A stretch of DNA of 64,000 bases. Origin: Escherichia phage a51. The stretch is from the sequence record OQ067376.1; one strand, 5' to 3'. A program made the position numbers and the translations under genes. Positions 22,362 to 34,289 of the stretch are shown here, piece by piece (positions within the stretch are counted from its first letter, which is position 1; every line of letters begins with the position of its first letter). The notes beneath the pieces were generated by a model that saw only the letters and a program-made list of their open reading frames with translations, was not told where the DNA came from and did no database searches.

Positions 22362-25300
22362 ATGGCCGAGATTAAAAGAAAGTTCAGAGCAGAAGATGGT
22401 CTGGACGCAGGTGGCGATAAAATAATCAACGTAGCTTTAGCTGATCGTACCGTAGGAACTGACGGTGTTAACGTTGATTACTTAATTCAAGAAAACACAG
22501 TTCAGCAATATGATCCAACTCGTGGATATTTAAAAGATTTTGTAATCATTTATAATAATCGTTTTTGGGCAGCAACGGATAATATTCCAAAACCTGCTGG
22601 AAATTTTAATAGAATTCGTTGGAAAGCATTACGTACTGATGCCGTATATACAACTGTATCATCTGGACCATATCAATTAAAATCCGGAGAAGCAATTTCA
22701 GTAGATACATCAGTTGGCAATGACATTGAGTTTACTTTACCACCTTCTCCGCTTGATGGAGAAACCGTAATAATTCAAGATATCGGTGGAAAACCTGGCA
22801 TAAATCAGGTTAAAATAAATTCTTCAAATCAGAGTATTGTCAATTTTAGAGGTGAACAGGTACGTTCAGTTTTAATGACTCATCCAAAGTCACAGATGAT
22901 ATTCATTTTTAATAATCGTTTGTGGCAAATGTATGTTGCTGATTATAGCAGAGAAGCTGCGATTGTTACTCCATCGACTGCGTATCAAGCACAATCTAAT
23001 GATTTTATCGTACGTAGATTTACTTCTGCTGCACCAATTAATGTTAAACTTCCGAGATTTGCTAATCATGGCGATATTATTAATTTCGTTGATTTAGATA
23101 AACTGAATCCACTTTATCATACAATTGTTACTACATACGATGAAACGACTTCAGTACAAGAAGTTGGAACTCATTCCATTGAAGGCCGTACATCGATTGA
23201 CGGTTTCTTGATGTTTGACGATAATGAGAAATTGTGGAGATTGTTTGACGGGGATAGTAAAGCACGTTTACGCATTATAACAACTAATTCAAATATTCGT
23301 CCAAATGAAGAAGTCATGGTATTTGGCGCGAATAATGGAACAACCCAAACAATTGAACTTCAGCTTCCGACTGATATTTCTGTTGGTGATACTGTTAAAA
23401 TTTCCATGAATTACATGAGAAAAGGACAAACAGTTAAAATCAAAGCTGCTGGTGAAGATAAAATTGCTTCTTCAGTTCAATTGCTGCAATTCCCAAAACG
23501 TTCAGAATATCCGCCTGAAGCTGAATGGGTAACAGTTCAAGAATTAGTTTTTAATGGTGAAACTAATTATGTTCCAGTTTTACAACTTGCTTATATAGAA
23601 GATTCTGATGGAAAATACTGGGTTGTACAGCAAAACGTTCCAACTGTAGAAAGAGTAGACTCTTTAAATGCTTCTACTAGAGCAAGATTAGGCGTAATTG
23701 CTTTAGCTACGCAAGCTCAAGCAAATGCTGATTTAGAAAATTCTCCACAAAAAGAATTAGCAATTACTCCAGAAACGTTAGCTAATCGTACTGCTACTGA
23801 AACTCGCAGAGGTATTGCAAGAATAGCAACTACTGCTCAAGTAAATCAGAACACTACATTCTCTTTTGCAGATGACCTTATCATCACTCCTAAAAAGCTG
23901 AATGAAAGAACTGCTACAGAAACTCGCAGAGGTGTTGCTGAAATTGCTACGCAGCAGGAAACTAATACAGGTATCGATGATACTACAATCATCACTCCTA
24001 AAAAGCTTCAAGCTCGTCAAGGTTCTGAAACATTATCGGGTATTGTAACTTTTGTATCTACTGCAGGAGCTACTCCAGCTTCTAGTCGTGAATTAAATGG
24101 TACAAATGTTTATAATAAAAACACTAATAATTTAGTTGTTTCACCTAAAGCTTTGGATCAGTATAAAGCTACTCCAACGCAACAGGGCGCAGTAATTTTA
24201 GCAGTTGAAAGTGAAGTAATTGCTGGACAAAGCCAAGAAGGATGGGCAAATGCGGTTGTAACACCAGAAACGTTACATAAAAAGACATCAACTGATGGAA
24301 GAATTGGTTTAATTGAAATTGCTACGCAAAGTGAAGTTAATACAGGAACTGATTATACTCGTGCAGTCACTCCTAAAACTTTAAATGACCGTAAAGCAAC
24401 TGAAAGTTTAACTGGTATAGCTGAAATTGCTACGCAAGTTGAATTCGACGCAGGCGTCGACGATACTCGTATCTCTACACCATTAAAAATTAAAACCAGA
24501 TTTAATAGTACTGATCGTACTTCTGTTGTTGCTCTATCTGGATTAGTTGAATCAGGAACTCTCTGGGACCATTATACCCTTAATATTCTTGAAGCAAATG
24601 AGACACAGCGTGGTACACTTCGTGTAGCTACACAAGTTGAAGCTGCTGCAGGAACATTGGATAATGTTCTAATAACTCCTAAAAAGCTTTTAGGTACTAA
24701 ATCTACTGAAGCACAGGAAGGCGTTATTAAAGTTGCAACTCGGTCTGAAACTGTAGCTGGAACGTCAGCAAATACTGCTGTATCTCCAAAAAATTTAAAA
24801 TGGATTGTGCAGAGTGAACCTACTTGGGCAGCGACTACTGCGATAAGAGGTTTTGTTAAAACTTCGTCTGGTTCAATTACATTCGTTGGTAATGATACAG
24901 CTGGTTCAACACAGCCATTAGAATCATATGAGAAAAATGGTTATGCAGTATCACCATATGAATTAAATCGCGTATTAGCAAATTATTTGCCATTAAAAGC
25001 AAAAGCCGTAGATAGTAATTTATTAGATGGTCTAGATTCGCTCCAGTTCATTCGTAGGGACATTGCACAAACAGTTAATGGTTCACTAACCTTAACCCAA
25101 CAAACGAATCTGGGTGCCCCTCTTGTATCATCTAGTACTGCTACATTCGGTGGATCAGTTTCAGCAAATAGTACATTAACTATTTCTAATACTGGAACGG
25201 CAACTCGTCTGATTTTTGAGAAAGGACCTCAAACTGGAACAAACCCGGCTCAAACGATGACAGTCAGAGTGTGGGGAAATCAATTTAGTGGGGAATCAGA

Positions 25301-26231
25301 CACAACACGTTCTACCGTATTTGAAGTTAGTGATGAAACGTCTAGTCATTTTTATTCTCAGCGTAATAAAGCTGGAAATATAACATTTAATATCAACGGT
25401 ACAGTAACACCGATAAATGTTAATGCTTCAGGAACATTGAATGCGAATGGCGTTGCTACATTTGGTAATTCAGTCACTGCAACTGGTGAAATTATTTCTC
25501 GAAGCGCAAATGCTTTCCGTGCTATTAATGGAAATTATGGTTTCATTATTCGTAATGACGGGTCAGTAACGAATTTTATGCTTACTGCATCAGGCAATCA
25601 AACTGGTGGATTTAATGGATTACGTCCATTGTCCATTAATAATCAATCTGGGCAGGTCACAATTGGTGAAAGCTTGATCATTGCTAAAGGTGCTACTATA
25701 AATTCAGGTGGTTTAACTGTTAACTCGAGAATTCGTTCTCAAGGTGTTAAAACATCTGATTTATATACCCGTGCGCCGACATCTGATACTGTAGGATTCT
25801 GGTCAATCGATATTAATGATTCAGCCACTTATAACCAGTTCCCGGGTTATTTTAAAATGGTTGAAAAAACTAATGAAGTGACTGGACTTCCATACTTAGA
25901 ACGTGGTGAAGAAGTTAAATCTCCTGGTACATTGACTCAGTTTGGTAACACACTTGATTCACTTTACCAAGATTGGATTACTTATCCAACGACCCCAGAA
26001 GCACGTACCACTCGCTGGACACGTACATGGCAGAAAACCAAAAACTCTTGGTCAAGTTTTGTTCAGGTATTTGACGGAGGTAACCCTCCTCAACCTTCAG
26101 ATATAGGAGCGATCCCATCTGATAATGGAATAATAGGTAATCTTACTATTCGCGATTTCTTGCGAATTGGTAATGTTCGCATTATTCCTGACCCAGTGAA
26201 TAAAACTGTTAAATTTGAGTGGATTGAATAA
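22362..26231 (+). CDS. 34: gp34 long tail fibre proximal subunit
   Basis: 1289 aa, same length as T4 gp34; internal ~40 aa repeats. Confidence 0.95.
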   Translation: MAEIKRKFRAEDGLDAGGDKIINVALADRTVGTDGVNVDYLIQENTVQQYDPTRGYLKDFVIIYNNRFWAATDNIPKPAGNFNRIRWKALRTDAVYTTVSSGPYQLKSGEAISVDTSVGNDIEFTLPPSPLDGETVIIQDIGGKPGINQVKINSSNQSIVNFRGEQVRSVLMTHPKSQMIFIFNNRLWQMYVADYSREAAIVTPSTAYQAQSNDFIVRRFTSAAPINVKLPRFANHGDIINFVDLDKLNPLYHTIVTTYDETTSVQEVGTHSIEGRTSIDGFLMFDDNEKLWRLFDGDSKARLRIITTNSNIRPNEEVMVFGANNGTTQTIELQLPTDISVGDTVKISMNYMRKGQTVKIKAAGEDKIASSVQLLQFPKRSEYPPEAEWVTVQELVFNGETNYVPVLQLAYIEDSDGKYWVVQQNVPTVERVDSLNASTRARLGVIALATQAQANADLENSPQKELAITPETLANRTATETRRGIARIATTAQVNQNTTFSFADDLIITPKKLNERTATETRRGVAEIATQQETNTGIDDTTIITPKKLQARQGSETLSGIVTFVSTAGATPASSRELNGTNVYNKNTNNLVVSPKALDQYKATPTQQGAVILAVESEVIAGQSQEGWANAVVTPETLHKKTSTDGRIGLIEIATQSEVNTGTDYTRAVTPKTLNDRKATESLTGIAEIATQVEFDAGVDDTRISTPLKIKTRFNSTDRTSVVALSGLVESGTLWDHYTLNILEANETQRGTLRVATQVEAAAGTLDNVLITPKKLLGTKSTEAQEGVIKVATRSETVAGTSANTAVSPKNLKWIVQSEPTWAATTAIRGFVKTSSGSITFVGNDTAGSTQPLESYEKNGYAVSPYELNRVLANYLPLKAKAVDSNLLDGLDSLQFIRRDIAQTVNGSLTLTQQTNLGAPLVSSSTATFGGSVSANSTLTISNTGTATRLIFEKGPQTGTNPAQTMTVRVWGNQFSGESDTTRSTVFEVSDETSSHFYSQRNKAGNITFNINGTVTPINVNASGTLNANGVATFGNSVTATGEIISRSANAFRAINGNYGFIIRNDGSVTNFMLTASGNQTGGFNGLRPLSINNQSGQVTIGESLIIAKGATINSGGLTVNSRIRSQGVKTSDLYTRAPTSDTVGFWSIDINDSATYNQFPGYFKMVEKTNEVTGLPYLERGEEVKSPGTLTQFGNTLDSLYQDWITYPTTPEARTTRWTRTWQKTKNSWSSFVQVFDGGNPPQPSDIGAIPSDNGIIGNLTIRDFLRIGNVRIIPDPVNKTVKFEWIE
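23760..24860 (+). repeat. tandem imperfect repeats within gene 34 (ITPKKL...ATE..RG.A.IATQ units)
   Basis: Repeated DNA stretches such as atcatcactcctaaaaagct at 23881 and 23989, actgaaactcgcagaggt at 23797 and 23923. Confidence 0.7.
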
Positions 26232-26239
26232 GAGGTATT

Positions 26240-27355
26240 ATGGAAAAATTTATGGCAGAGTTTGGACAAGGATATGTCCAAACGCCATTTTTATCGGAAA
26301 GCAATTCAGTAAGATATAAAATAAGCATAGCGGGTTCTTGCCCGCTTTCTACTGCGGGGCCATATGTTAAATTTCAGGATAATCCCGTTGGAAATCAAAC
26401 ATTTAGTGCAGGTCTTCATTTAAGAGTTTTTGACCCTTCTACGGGAGCATTAGTTGATAGCAAGTCATATGCTTTTTCTGCTTCAAACAATACAACATCT
26501 GCCGCTTTTGTCAGTTTCATGAATTCTTTGTCAAACAATAGACTTGTTGCTATATTAACTAGCGGAAAGGTTAATTTTCCTCCTGAAGTGGTATCTTGGT
26601 TAAGGGGAGCAGGAACTTCAGTTTTTCCATCAGATTCAGTATTGTCAAGATTTGACGTATCATATGCTGCTTTTTATACTTCTTCTAAAAGAGCTATTGC
26701 ATTAGAGCATGTTAAACTAAGTAATAGAAAAAGCACAGATGATTATCAAACTATTTTAGATGTTGTATTTGATAGTTTAGAAGACGTCGGAGCTACGGGA
26801 TTTCCTAAAAGAACATATGAAAGTGTCGAGCAATTTATGTCAGCGGTTGGTGGAACTAACAACGAAATTGCGCGATTGCCAACTTCAGCTGCTATAAGTA
26901 AACTATCTGATTATAATTTAATTCCTGGTGATGTTCTTTATCTTAAAGCACAGTTATATGCTGATGCTGATTTACTTGATCTTGGAACTGCAAATATATC
27001 TATTCGTTTTTATGATGCATCAAATGGATATATTTCCTCGACCCAAGCTGAGTTTACTGGGCAAGCTGGGTCTTGGGAATTAAAAGAAGACTATGTAGTT
27101 GTTCCAGAAAACGCCGTAGGATTTACGATATATGCACAAAGAACTGCTCAAGCAGGTCAAGGCGGCATGAGAAATTTAAGTTTTTCTGAAGTATCAAGAA
27201 ATGGCGGCATTTCAAAACCTGCCGAATTTGGCGTCAACGGTATTCGCGTTAATTATGTCTGTGAATCGGCTTCACCTCCAGATATAATGGTACTTCCTAC
27301 ACAAGCCTCTTCTAAAACTGGCAAAGTGTTTGGGCAGGAATTTAGAGAAGTTTAA
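26240..27355 (+). CDS. 35: gp35 long tail fibre hinge connector
   Basis: 371 aa, follows gene 34. Confidence 0.9.
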   Translation: MEKFMAEFGQGYVQTPFLSESNSVRYKISIAGSCPLSTAGPYVKFQDNPVGNQTFSAGLHLRVFDPSTGALVDSKSYAFSASNNTTSAAFVSFMNSLSNNRLVAILTSGKVNFPPEVVSWLRGAGTSVFPSDSVLSRFDVSYAAFYTSSKRAIALEHVKLSNRKSTDDYQTILDVVFDSLEDVGATGFPKRTYESVEQFMSAVGGTNNEIARLPTSAAISKLSDYNLIPGDVLYLKAQLYADADLLDLGTANISIRFYDASNGYISSTQAEFTGQAGSWELKEDYVVVPENAVGFTIYAQRTAQAGQGGMRNLSFSEVSRNGGISKPAEFGVNGIRVNYVCESASPPDIMVLPTQASSKTGKVFGQEFREV

Positions 27356-27360
27356 ACTGA

Positions 27361-27385
27361 GGGAGCCTTCGGGTTCCCTTTTTCT
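27361..27385 (+). terminator. hairpin plus T-run after gene 35
   Basis: gggagccttcgggttccc followed by tttttcttt. Confidence 0.5.
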
Positions 27386-27386
27386 T

Positions 27387-27394
27387 TATAAATA
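27387..27394 (+). promoter_or_regulatory. late promoter TATAAATA upstream of gene 36
   Basis: Exact tataaata about 24 nt upstream of the gene 36 ATG. Confidence 0.7.
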
Positions 27395-27417
27395 ATATTA
27401 AAATAAAGGGGCATATA

Positions 27418-28068
27418 ATGGCTGATTTAAAAGTAGGTTCAACTGTGGGTGGATCTGTCATTTGGCATCAAGGAAATTTTCCATTGAATTCAGCCGGTGA
27501 CGATGTACTCTACAAATCATTTAAAATATATTCAGAATATAATAAACCGCAGGCAGCTGATAACGATTTCGTTTCTAAAGCTAATGGTGGTACTTACGCC
27601 GGTCCAATTACTATTAATTACGGGGTAAATAGTTATCTTCAATTAAGTAATAATGAAACCCCTATCCGAATTCGTTCTGGTGGCGGCACTGGTAATACTC
27701 TTGTAGTTGGCGGCTCTTCCGGTGGTATTAGTTTTAGACCTGCAGGTAGTGAAATCACTACTGGACAAATTACTATTACGCCAGAAGGTTTGACAACATT
27801 TACCAGGGCTGTAACGGCTCCATCTGTAACTGTTACATCTACTCCTTCCGCAGCATCTGATGTTACTCGCAAAGATTATGTTGATGGAGCAATAAATACT
27901 GTTACAGCAAATGCAAACTCTAGGGTATTACGCTCTGGAGACACTATGACAGGAAATTTAACTGCGCCAAACCTTTTTTCACAGAATCCTGCATCTCAAC
28001 CTTCACACGTTCCACGATTTGACCAAATCGTAATTAAGGATTCTGTTCAAGATTTCGGCTATTATTAA
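27418..28068 (+). CDS. 36: gp36 long tail fibre distal connector
   Basis: 216 aa, position between 35 and 37. Confidence 0.9.
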   Translation: MADLKVGSTVGGSVIWHQGNFPLNSAGDDVLYKSFKIYSEYNKPQAADNDFVSKANGGTYAGPITINYGVNSYLQLSNNETPIRIRSGGGTGNTLVVGGSSGGISFRPAGSEITTGQITITPEGLTTFTRAVTAPSVTVTSTPSAASDVTRKDYVDGAINTVTANANSRVLRSGDTMTGNLTAPNLFSQNPASQPSHVPRFDQIVIKDSVQDFGYY

Positions 28069-28076
28069 GAGGACTT

Positions 28077-31025
28077 ATGGCTACTTTAAAACAAATACAA
28101 TTTAAAAGAAGCAAAATTGCAGGTCAACGTCCTGCAGCTTCAGTATTAGCCGAAGGTGAATTGGCTATAAACTTAAAAGATAAAACAATTTTCACAAAAG
28201 ATGACTCAGGTAGTGTTATAGAATTAGGTTTAAAATATGGAGGAACTATAAATGGGTCTTTAGAGGTTACAGAAAATATAACTGGAACTTTAATTGGAAA
28301 TTCTAGCACAGCTACTAAATTGCAAACACCTAGGAAAATTAATGGTATATCTTTTGATGGGTCAAAGGACATTACCTTAACTCCATCTGACATAAATGTC
28401 AATAGCACAACATTTATAAAAAATAATGGCGAATTACCTACTGATGCTAATTTAGATACGTATGGGCCCATTGAAGAATATCTTGGTGTTTGGTCGAAAT
28501 CTACTTCAACAAATGCGCAACCAGCAAATAAATTCCCAGAAGAAAATGCCGTAGGTGTACTAGAAGTGTTTGTGGCCGGCCAATTTGCTGGCACTCAGCG
28601 TTATACTGTAAGATCTGGTAACGTCTATATTCGTTCCTTATCTGCTAAATGGAATGGCGTCGATGGTCCATGGGGTGTGTGGCGTAATGTTCAAGCGTCA
28701 ACTCGTCCACTTTCACAAACGATTGACCTTGATAGCTTGGGAGAATTAGAACATTGTGGCTTATGGCGAAACAGTTCAAGCGCAATCGCATCATTTGATC
28801 GCCATTATCCAGAAGAAGGATCAGCCGCACAAGGATTTTTAGAAATATTTGAAGGTGGTTTATACACGAGAACTCAGCGTTATACTACCCGCATGGGTAT
28901 GGTTTATACTCGTTGTCTCGCTGCTGCATGGGATGCTAGTGCACCTAAGTGGGAGGAATGGAAGCAGGTTGGTCATGGCACACCAGCGACTTTCTATGAT
29001 GGAGATCTGAATGATTTTAAAACTCCCGGGTTATATAATATTTTAGGCACTGATGCCGTTATTAACTGTCCTACAGGTGAAGGTTTGCCGACTGTTATTG
29101 TTGGTTTGCTGGAAGTTAAACAGCGTGCTTCTGGCGGTGCTATTTTCCAACGTTTCACTACCGCAGGAACGGGTGCAACTACTCGCGATCGTATTTTTGA
29201 GCGTGCATATACTGGTGGTGCGTGGGGTGCATGGAACGAAGTATATACATCTTATTCTCTGCCAATTACTTTGGGTATGGGTGGTATTAAAGCTCAATTA
29301 GCGGAGTTAGATTGGCAAACCTTTGATTTTGTCCCTGGTAGTATGTTTAGCGTTCCTTTGAACAAAATAAAGAACATGCCAGCTAATATGGATTGGGGTA
29401 CGATTGACGGAAACTTAATTATGTTTTCTGTTGGTCCTAGCGAACATACTGGCACAGGACGTACTGTTCAGGTTTGGCGTGGTACTGTATCCCAGACAAA
29501 CTACCGTTATTTTGTTGTGCGTATAGCTGGAAATCCAGGAAACAGGACTAACACTTGTCGCCGTGTTGTTCTTGAAGACGGATCACATACTTGGACTGCT
29601 CAACAAAACTTTAGGGGATTGCTAAATATCACCGCTGATATTAATCTTGGTGCTAATAAGAAAATTTCAATTGCTCCTGGAGCATATATTCAAGGCCCTG
29701 CTAGCGGTTCTGGTTCAAATACTTACGCAAATCAGAATACTACTATTGCGCCATTATATCAGGCCATTGACGATTCAAATAAAAACCAGTTTGCTCCTAT
29801 TGTAAAACAGAAAAACACTGTAACAAATATTACTATGGCTTCTGGTATGGATATTGCTAGTTCAGAATATCGTATCATTGCTCAAGGTGATTTATCCGCT
29901 ACTGGAACTACAGCTAATGAATTAGCTACATGGCGTTTCTTGCCGTCTGGCCGATTCATGTCACAAAGCCGAGTTTATGCTGGCGCAGCATTCTTGAACA
30001 CTGATGGTAACATTGCTGGTTCAATCTGGAAGAAATACAACAATGCAACCAACTTAGACGCTGCTTTGAATACTCGCGTAGGTAAAAGCGGTGATACGAT
30101 GACAGGTCGGTTAACAATCAATGCACCTAATGATGTTATTGTATTATCAACAACTGCTAGTAATTCTTTGCATATTCGCGGTGATATAGACGGGACTGGT
30201 AACTGGTATATTGGTAAGGGTGGTGCTGATAATTCGCTAGCATTTTATAGCTATGCTTCTCAGGCGGCAGTACATATCACAAACAATGGTGAGATTGCGT
30301 TAAACCCGCAAAATACCGCAATGGTTAACGTTAACCGCGACCGTGTACACATTAACGGTTCTGGATGGATTGCTAGACAACCGGGTGATTGGGGCAACCA
30401 ATGGCGAGTAGAAGCTCCATTATTCGTTGATCATGGTTATGTTAGTCAAGATAGTTATTATCCTATTCTTAAAGCAAGAAGCGTTATAACCAATCAAGGA
30501 TATAGCACCGCTGTTGACTTTGGTATGCGTCGTATTCCATCACAGTGGGGGCAAGCAATCATTCGTGTCGGATCCACGGAGGCTTCTCCTGATGCTGGAC
30601 ACCCACAAGCTGTGTTTGAATTCCATCATGATGGATTCTTTTATACACCAGGAAATGGTAGCTTTAGCGATGTGTATATTCGTTCTGACTCCCGTCTCAA
30701 GATTAATAAAGAAGAATTAGAATATGGAGCGGTCGAAAAAGTTTGCCGACTGAAAGTTTATATTTACGATAAAGTTAAGTCTATTAAAGACCGTAGTGTT
30801 ATTAAACGTGAAGTTGGTATTATTGCTCAGGACCTTGAAAAGGAATTACCGGAAGCTGTATCTAAAGTTGAAGTTGATGGATCTGATGTTCTGACAATTT
30901 CTAACTCTGCTGTGAATGCTCTTTTAATTAAGGCTATTCAGGAAATGAGTGAAGAAATTAAAGAATTGAAAACGCCTTTCTTCACTAAAATTGCTCGCAA
31001 AATTAGTAATTATTTTAAATTCTAA
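28077..31025 (+). CDS. 37: gp37 long tail fibre distal subunit with C-terminal intramolecular-chaperone-like domain
   Basis: 982 aa; C-terminal ~110 aa ([11 protein letters not shown]...[15 protein letters not shown]...[18 protein letters not shown]) resemble auto-cleaving chaperone domains of fibre proteins. Confidence 0.9.
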   Translation: MATLKQIQFKRSKIAGQRPAASVLAEGELAINLKDKTIFTKDDSGSVIELGLKYGGTINGSLEVTENITGTLIGNSSTATKLQTPRKINGISFDGSKDITLTPSDINVNSTTFIKNNGELPTDANLDTYGPIEEYLGVWSKSTSTNAQPANKFPEENAVGVLEVFVAGQFAGTQRYTVRSGNVYIRSLSAKWNGVDGPWGVWRNVQASTRPLSQTIDLDSLGELEHCGLWRNSSSAIASFDRHYPEEGSAAQGFLEIFEGGLYTRTQRYTTRMGMVYTRCLAAAWDASAPKWEEWKQVGHGTPATFYDGDLNDFKTPGLYNILGTDAVINCPTGEGLPTVIVGLLEVKQRASGGAIFQRFTTAGTGATTRDRIFERAYTGGAWGAWNEVYTSYSLPITLGMGGIKAQLAELDWQTFDFVPGSMFSVPLNKIKNMPANMDWGTIDGNLIMFSVGPSEHTGTGRTVQVWRGTVSQTNYRYFVVRIAGNPGNRTNTCRRVVLEDGSHTWTAQQNFRGLLNITADINLGANKKISIAPGAYIQGPASGSGSNTYANQNTTIAPLYQAIDDSNKNQFAPIVKQKNTVTNITMASGMDIASSEYRIIAQGDLSATGTTANELATWRFLPSGRFMSQSRVYAGAAFLNTDGNIAGSIWKKYNNATNLDAALNTRVGKSGDTMTGRLTINAPNDVIVLSTTASNSLHIRGDIDGTGNWYIGKGGADNSLAFYSYASQAAVHITNNGEIALNPQNTAMVNVNRDRVHINGSGWIARQPGDWGNQWRVEAPLFVDHGYVSQDSYYPILKARSVITNQGYSTAVDFGMRRIPSQWGQAIIRVGSTEASPDAGHPQAVFEFHHDGFFYTPGNGSFSDVYIRSDSRLKINKEELEYGAVEKVCRLKVYIYDKVKSIKDRSVIKREVGIIAQDLEKELPEAVSKVEVDGSDVLTISNSAVNALLIKAIQEMSEEIKELKTPFFTKIARKISNYFKF

Positions 31026-31057
31026 CAACAAGGGGCTTTGCCCCTTTGGAGAAAATT

Positions 31058-31840
31058 ATGGCAGTAGTTGGTGTTCCCGGTTGGATTGGAAGTTCATCTG
31101 TAAATGAAACAGGACAACGATGGATGAGTCAAGCGGCTGGTCAATTAAGATTGGGTGTTCCTTGCTGGATGAGCCAATTCGCCGGACGCTCAAGAGAGAT
31201 TATTCATACCGTAACAGCAAACCATAACTTTAATGGTCAATGGTTCCGCGACCGTTGCTTTGAAGCTGGCGGTGCACCCATTGTATTCAATATTGTTGGT
31301 GATATCGTTTCTTATTCTAAAGATGTGCCACTTTTCTTTATGTACGGAGATACACCAAATGAATATGTTCAGTTAAATATACATGGCGTAACGATGTATG
31401 GACGTGGCGGTAATGGTGGTAGCAATAGTCCTGGCTCAGCTGGAGGTCATTGTATTCAAAACGATATTGGTGGGAGACTAAGAATTAATAATGGTGGAGC
31501 TATTGCTGGCGGTGGCGGTGGCGGTGGCGGCGGATATTATTCTCCTTTTTCACAAATGAGATTAACCTTTGGCGGTGGTGGTGGGCGTCCGTTTGGTGCA
31601 CCTGGCGGATCTATTGATATGCAATCAGGCGCAACTGCTGGTACTATTTCTGCACCTGGCTCAGGATCCGTGAATGGTATCTATAATGGTGGAAACGGTG
31701 GTGAAGTAGGTTCCGCGGGAGGTAGATGCAATATTCGCGGTCAAGGATCTGAATATAATGGCGGCGCTGCTGGTTATGCTGTCATAGGGTCTGCTCCAAC
31801 GTGGCAAAATGTTGGAGCAATATATGGTCCAAGAGTATAA
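31058..31840 (+). CDS. 38: gp38 receptor-recognising adhesin with glycine-rich motifs (T2-type)
   Basis: Start at ATG 31058 with GGAG six nt upstream (track start 31046 is TTG); multiple poly-Gly runs. Confidence 0.85.
   Translation: MAVVGVPGWIGSSSVNETGQRWMSQAAGQLRLGVPCWMSQFAGRSREIIHTVTANHNFNGQWFRDRCFEAGGAPIVFNIVGDIVSYSKDVPLFFMYGDTPNEYVQLNIHGVTMYGRGGNGGSNSPGSAGGHCIQNDIGGRLRINNGGAIAGGGGGGGGGYYSPFSQMRLTFGGGGGRPFGAPGGSIDMQSGATAGTISAPGSGSVNGIYNGGNGGEVGSAGGRCNIRGQGSEYNGGAAGYAVIGSAPTWQNVGAIYGPRV
31508..31534 (+). repeat. GGC/GGT codon repeat encoding nine consecutive glycines in gp38
   Basis: ggcggtggcggtggcggtggcggcgga. Confidence 0.8.
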
Positions 31841-31870
31841 TGTGAATAAATACCCTTAAAAGGAGGGTCT

Positions 31871-32527
31871 ATGGCAGCACCTAGAATATCATTTTCGCCC
31901 TCTGATATTCTGTTTGGTGTTCTAGATCGCTTGTTCAAAGATAACGCTACCGGGAAGGTTCTTGCTTCCCGAGTAGCTGTCGTAATTCTTTTATTTATGA
32001 TGGCGATTGTTTGGTATAGGGGAGATAGTTTCTTTGAGTACTATAAGCAATCAAAGTATGAAACATACAGTGAAATTATTGAAAAGGAAAGAAATGCACG
32101 CTTTGAATCTGTCGCCCTGGAACAACTCCAGATAGTTCATATATCATCTGAGGCAGACTTTAGTGCGGTGTATTCTTTCCGCCCTAAAAACTTAAACTAT
32201 TTTGTTGATATTATAGCATATGAAGGAAAATTACCTTCAACAATAAGTGAAAAATCACTTGGAGGATATCCTGTTGATAAAACTATGGATGAATATACAG
32301 TTCATTTAAATGGACGTCATTATTATTCCGACTCAAAATTTGCTTTTTTACCAACTAAAAAGCCTACTCCCGAAATAAATTACATGTACAGTTGTCCATA
32401 TTTCAATTTGGATAATATCTATGCTGGAACGATAACCATGTACTGGTATAGAAATGATCATATAAGTAATGACCGCCTTGAATCAATATGTGCTCAGGCG
32501 GCCAGAATATTAGGAAGGGCTAAATAA
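31871..32527 (+). CDS. t: holin
   Basis: 218 aa with single N-terminal transmembrane segment, matches T4 T holin. Confidence 0.95.
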   Translation: MAAPRISFSPSDILFGVLDRLFKDNATGKVLASRVAVVILLFMMAIVWYRGDSFFEYYKQSKYETYSEIIEKERNARFESVALEQLQIVHISSEADFSAVYSFRPKNLNYFVDIIAYEGKLPSTISEKSLGGYPVDKTMDEYTVHLNGRHYYSDSKFAFLPTKKPTPEINYMYSCPYFNLDNIYAGTITMYWYRNDHISNDRLESICAQAARILGRAK

Positions 32528-32800
32528 TTATTTGTTCGTATACATTTCTAGATATCGATATACACCCTCAAAACCCTCGTTGAATTCATCGATGAGGGTT
32601 TTCTTATCTTCTTGAGTTAATTCAGAAACAATTTTACGAAATGAATTCTGATTTAACTTTCTACCTTCATGCGTTACTCCAATCTCATTAAGAAATGCAA
32701 TAAAATTAGCACGATTCTCAACAATATCTTCTCTGGAAAATTTAATCAAAATAGATGCAACAGTAATAATTTCACGAACTGTATCAATGTTTTTATTCAT
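32528..32800 (-). CDS. asiA: anti-sigma-70 factor AsiA
   Basis: 90 aa, sequence recognised as T4 AsiA. Confidence 0.95.
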   Translation of the reverse strand: MNKNIDTVREIITVASILIKFSREDIVENRANFIAFLNEIGVTHEGRKLNQNSFRKIVSELTQEDKKTLIDEFNEGFEGVYRYLEMYTNK

Positions 32801-32812
32801 TAACTATACCAC

Positions 32813-32965
32813 TCAATTAGTTGACTTTGTTATAATATCATCAGACGCTTGATTTGTAAACTGGTCTGTGTTATTTTCTTCAAAAATTTTTTCTACGAAT
32901 TCCTTGAACGACTCGCGTTCCTGAGCTACATTATGCTCGATTACCTTTTCAAGATTATGACTCAT
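32813..32965 (-). CDS. small hypothetical protein (50 aa)
   Basis: Own translation (MSHNLEKVIEHNVAQERESFKEF...); ATGA overlap with arn stop; below ORF-track size cutoff. Confidence 0.35.
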   Translation of the reverse strand: MSHNLEKVIEHNVAQERESFKEFVEKIFEENNTDQFTNQASDDIITKSTN

Positions 32966-33240
32966 TCGAAATAATCTTCAATTTCGTAATCATGGACATA
33001 AATCATTATAGTTTCTAATACATCATCAATACTTTTTCCTGGAGCTGGAATTACGTAAAAATATCCTGCTTTTGAGAGGTCTTTATAAGTTCCAATCAAG
33101 AAATCATTATTCTCAAGATGTAACTCTTCAACTAATTCATTGACAATTGAATGGTATAGGTTTGGTAGAAACTTATATAGCTTTTCTAGAATATCAATTT
33201 TGATTGTGTATTGAACCACGGACTGAGAATCAATAATCAT
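32962..33240 (-). CDS. arn: Arn anti-restriction nuclease inhibitor
   Basis: 92 aa ORF directly upstream of asiA as in T4. Confidence 0.7.
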   Translation of the reverse strand: MIIDSQSVVQYTIKIDILEKLYKFLPNLYHSIVNELVEELHLENNDFLIGTYKDLSKAGYFYVIPAPGKSIDDVLETIMIYVHDYEIEDYFE

Positions 33241-33323
33241 AGACCTTCCCCTTATGTTTCTGTTTGCGATTAGATTCTTTAAACGCTTTCTTCTTATCCT
33301 TATGAACAGAAGCTTTATTAAAA

Positions 33324-33542
33324 TTATGCTTTGCGACTAAATTGTTCATAGTGCTGAATTACCTCTCTTAAACATTTGCATGTGAATGAAAACTTTTTAG
33401 CTACACCACATTCAAATATATGTTCTCTTAAATCGCGTGTATCGGTATATCCCATCTCAACAATAAAATGCCGTATTAGATTTTTATCTTTATCGTTGAG
33501 AGAATTAAAATAATCGGATTTTGAATTAATTTCCCTGGCCAA
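33324..33542 (-). CDS. hypothetical protein (72 aa, Cys-containing)
   Basis: ORF track; arn.x position. Confidence 0.5.
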   Translation of the reverse strand: MAREINSKSDYFNSLNDKDKNLIRHFIVEMGYTDTRDLREHIFECGVAKKFSFTCKCLREVIQHYEQFSRKA

Positions 33543-33822
33543 ATTGAATCACCTTCAGTTGGCGTTTTAGCTCTTTTATCATCTCTTCGTTCATCGCAAT
33601 ATAAAGATCGCGTAAAGCAAGTTTTAGCATTCCATTTACTGGATAACTAAATGGGCATACATAATCTTTTCCTACGAGCTTTTTAGTGAATTCCATATCA
33701 CAAAACTGAAATGCAGGTTCATTAGCATAAATTCCCCAATTGGTTGACATCATTTTATTGGCATATTCCAACGCCTGGATTTGATTAGTAATTCCATCAA
33801 TTTGAAACTTTTTAATATTCAT
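33526..33822 (-). CDS. hypothetical protein (98 aa)
   Basis: ORF track. Confidence 0.5.
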   Translation of the reverse strand: MNIKKFQIDGITNQIQALEYANKMMSTNWGIYANEPAFQFCDMEFTKKLVGKDYVCPFSYPVNGMLKLALRDLYIAMNEEMIKELKRQLKVIQFGQGN

Positions 33823-34289
33823 TAGTAAAGGTCCTCAGAGTAAAGTTCTTTTTCACTACCACCACGTTCAATACGCACTTGTCCAGCGTAAGTTGCAATA
33901 ATCATTGCTTCTTCACGTGTCCAGTAATTGCTATACTGGTCAATAAATCCTTGGTCTTCACCACAAACATGGTCTGATACAAGTTTATCACTTACCTGGT
34001 CAAGAACTTCAGCCATATCTTTAGAATAATGACGAGCACCAGGAATAACCAGAGTCCCACCATCTTTTAACTTAAAGCGGTTGGCTGCACACACAATTCG
34101 ACGTTGATATTTTTCATTATTGTTCCAATGAGCTACTTGCCAACAGATTTCAGGAACCTCTTCTAAAACATCCTCTTCCGTATATTCGGTGTAGTCGCCA
34201 TAGGCCTGTAATTTAGCTGCTAGACTTTCTGGAGTTTCACGTAATAAAGCCAGGTCTAATAATTCAAGACGCTCTTTGAAGGTTTTCAT
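33822..34289 (-). CDS. hypothetical protein (155 aa)
   Basis: ORF track. Confidence 0.5.
   Translation of the reverse strand: MKTFKERLELLDLALLRETPESLAAKLQAYGDYTEYTEEDVLEEVPEICWQVAHWNNNEKYQRRIVCAANRFKLKDGGTLVIPGARHYSKDMAEVLDQVSDKLVSDHVCGEDQGFIDQYSNYWTREEAMIIATYAGQVRIERGGSEKELYSEDLY

Noticed and set aside
28124-28594. 156 aa minus-strand ORF inside gene 37, and similar antisense ORFs (23778-24020, 27639-27872, 29043-29297)
   Set aside because: Antisense shadows within well-supported long tail-fibre genes; no promoters or ribosome-binding sites.
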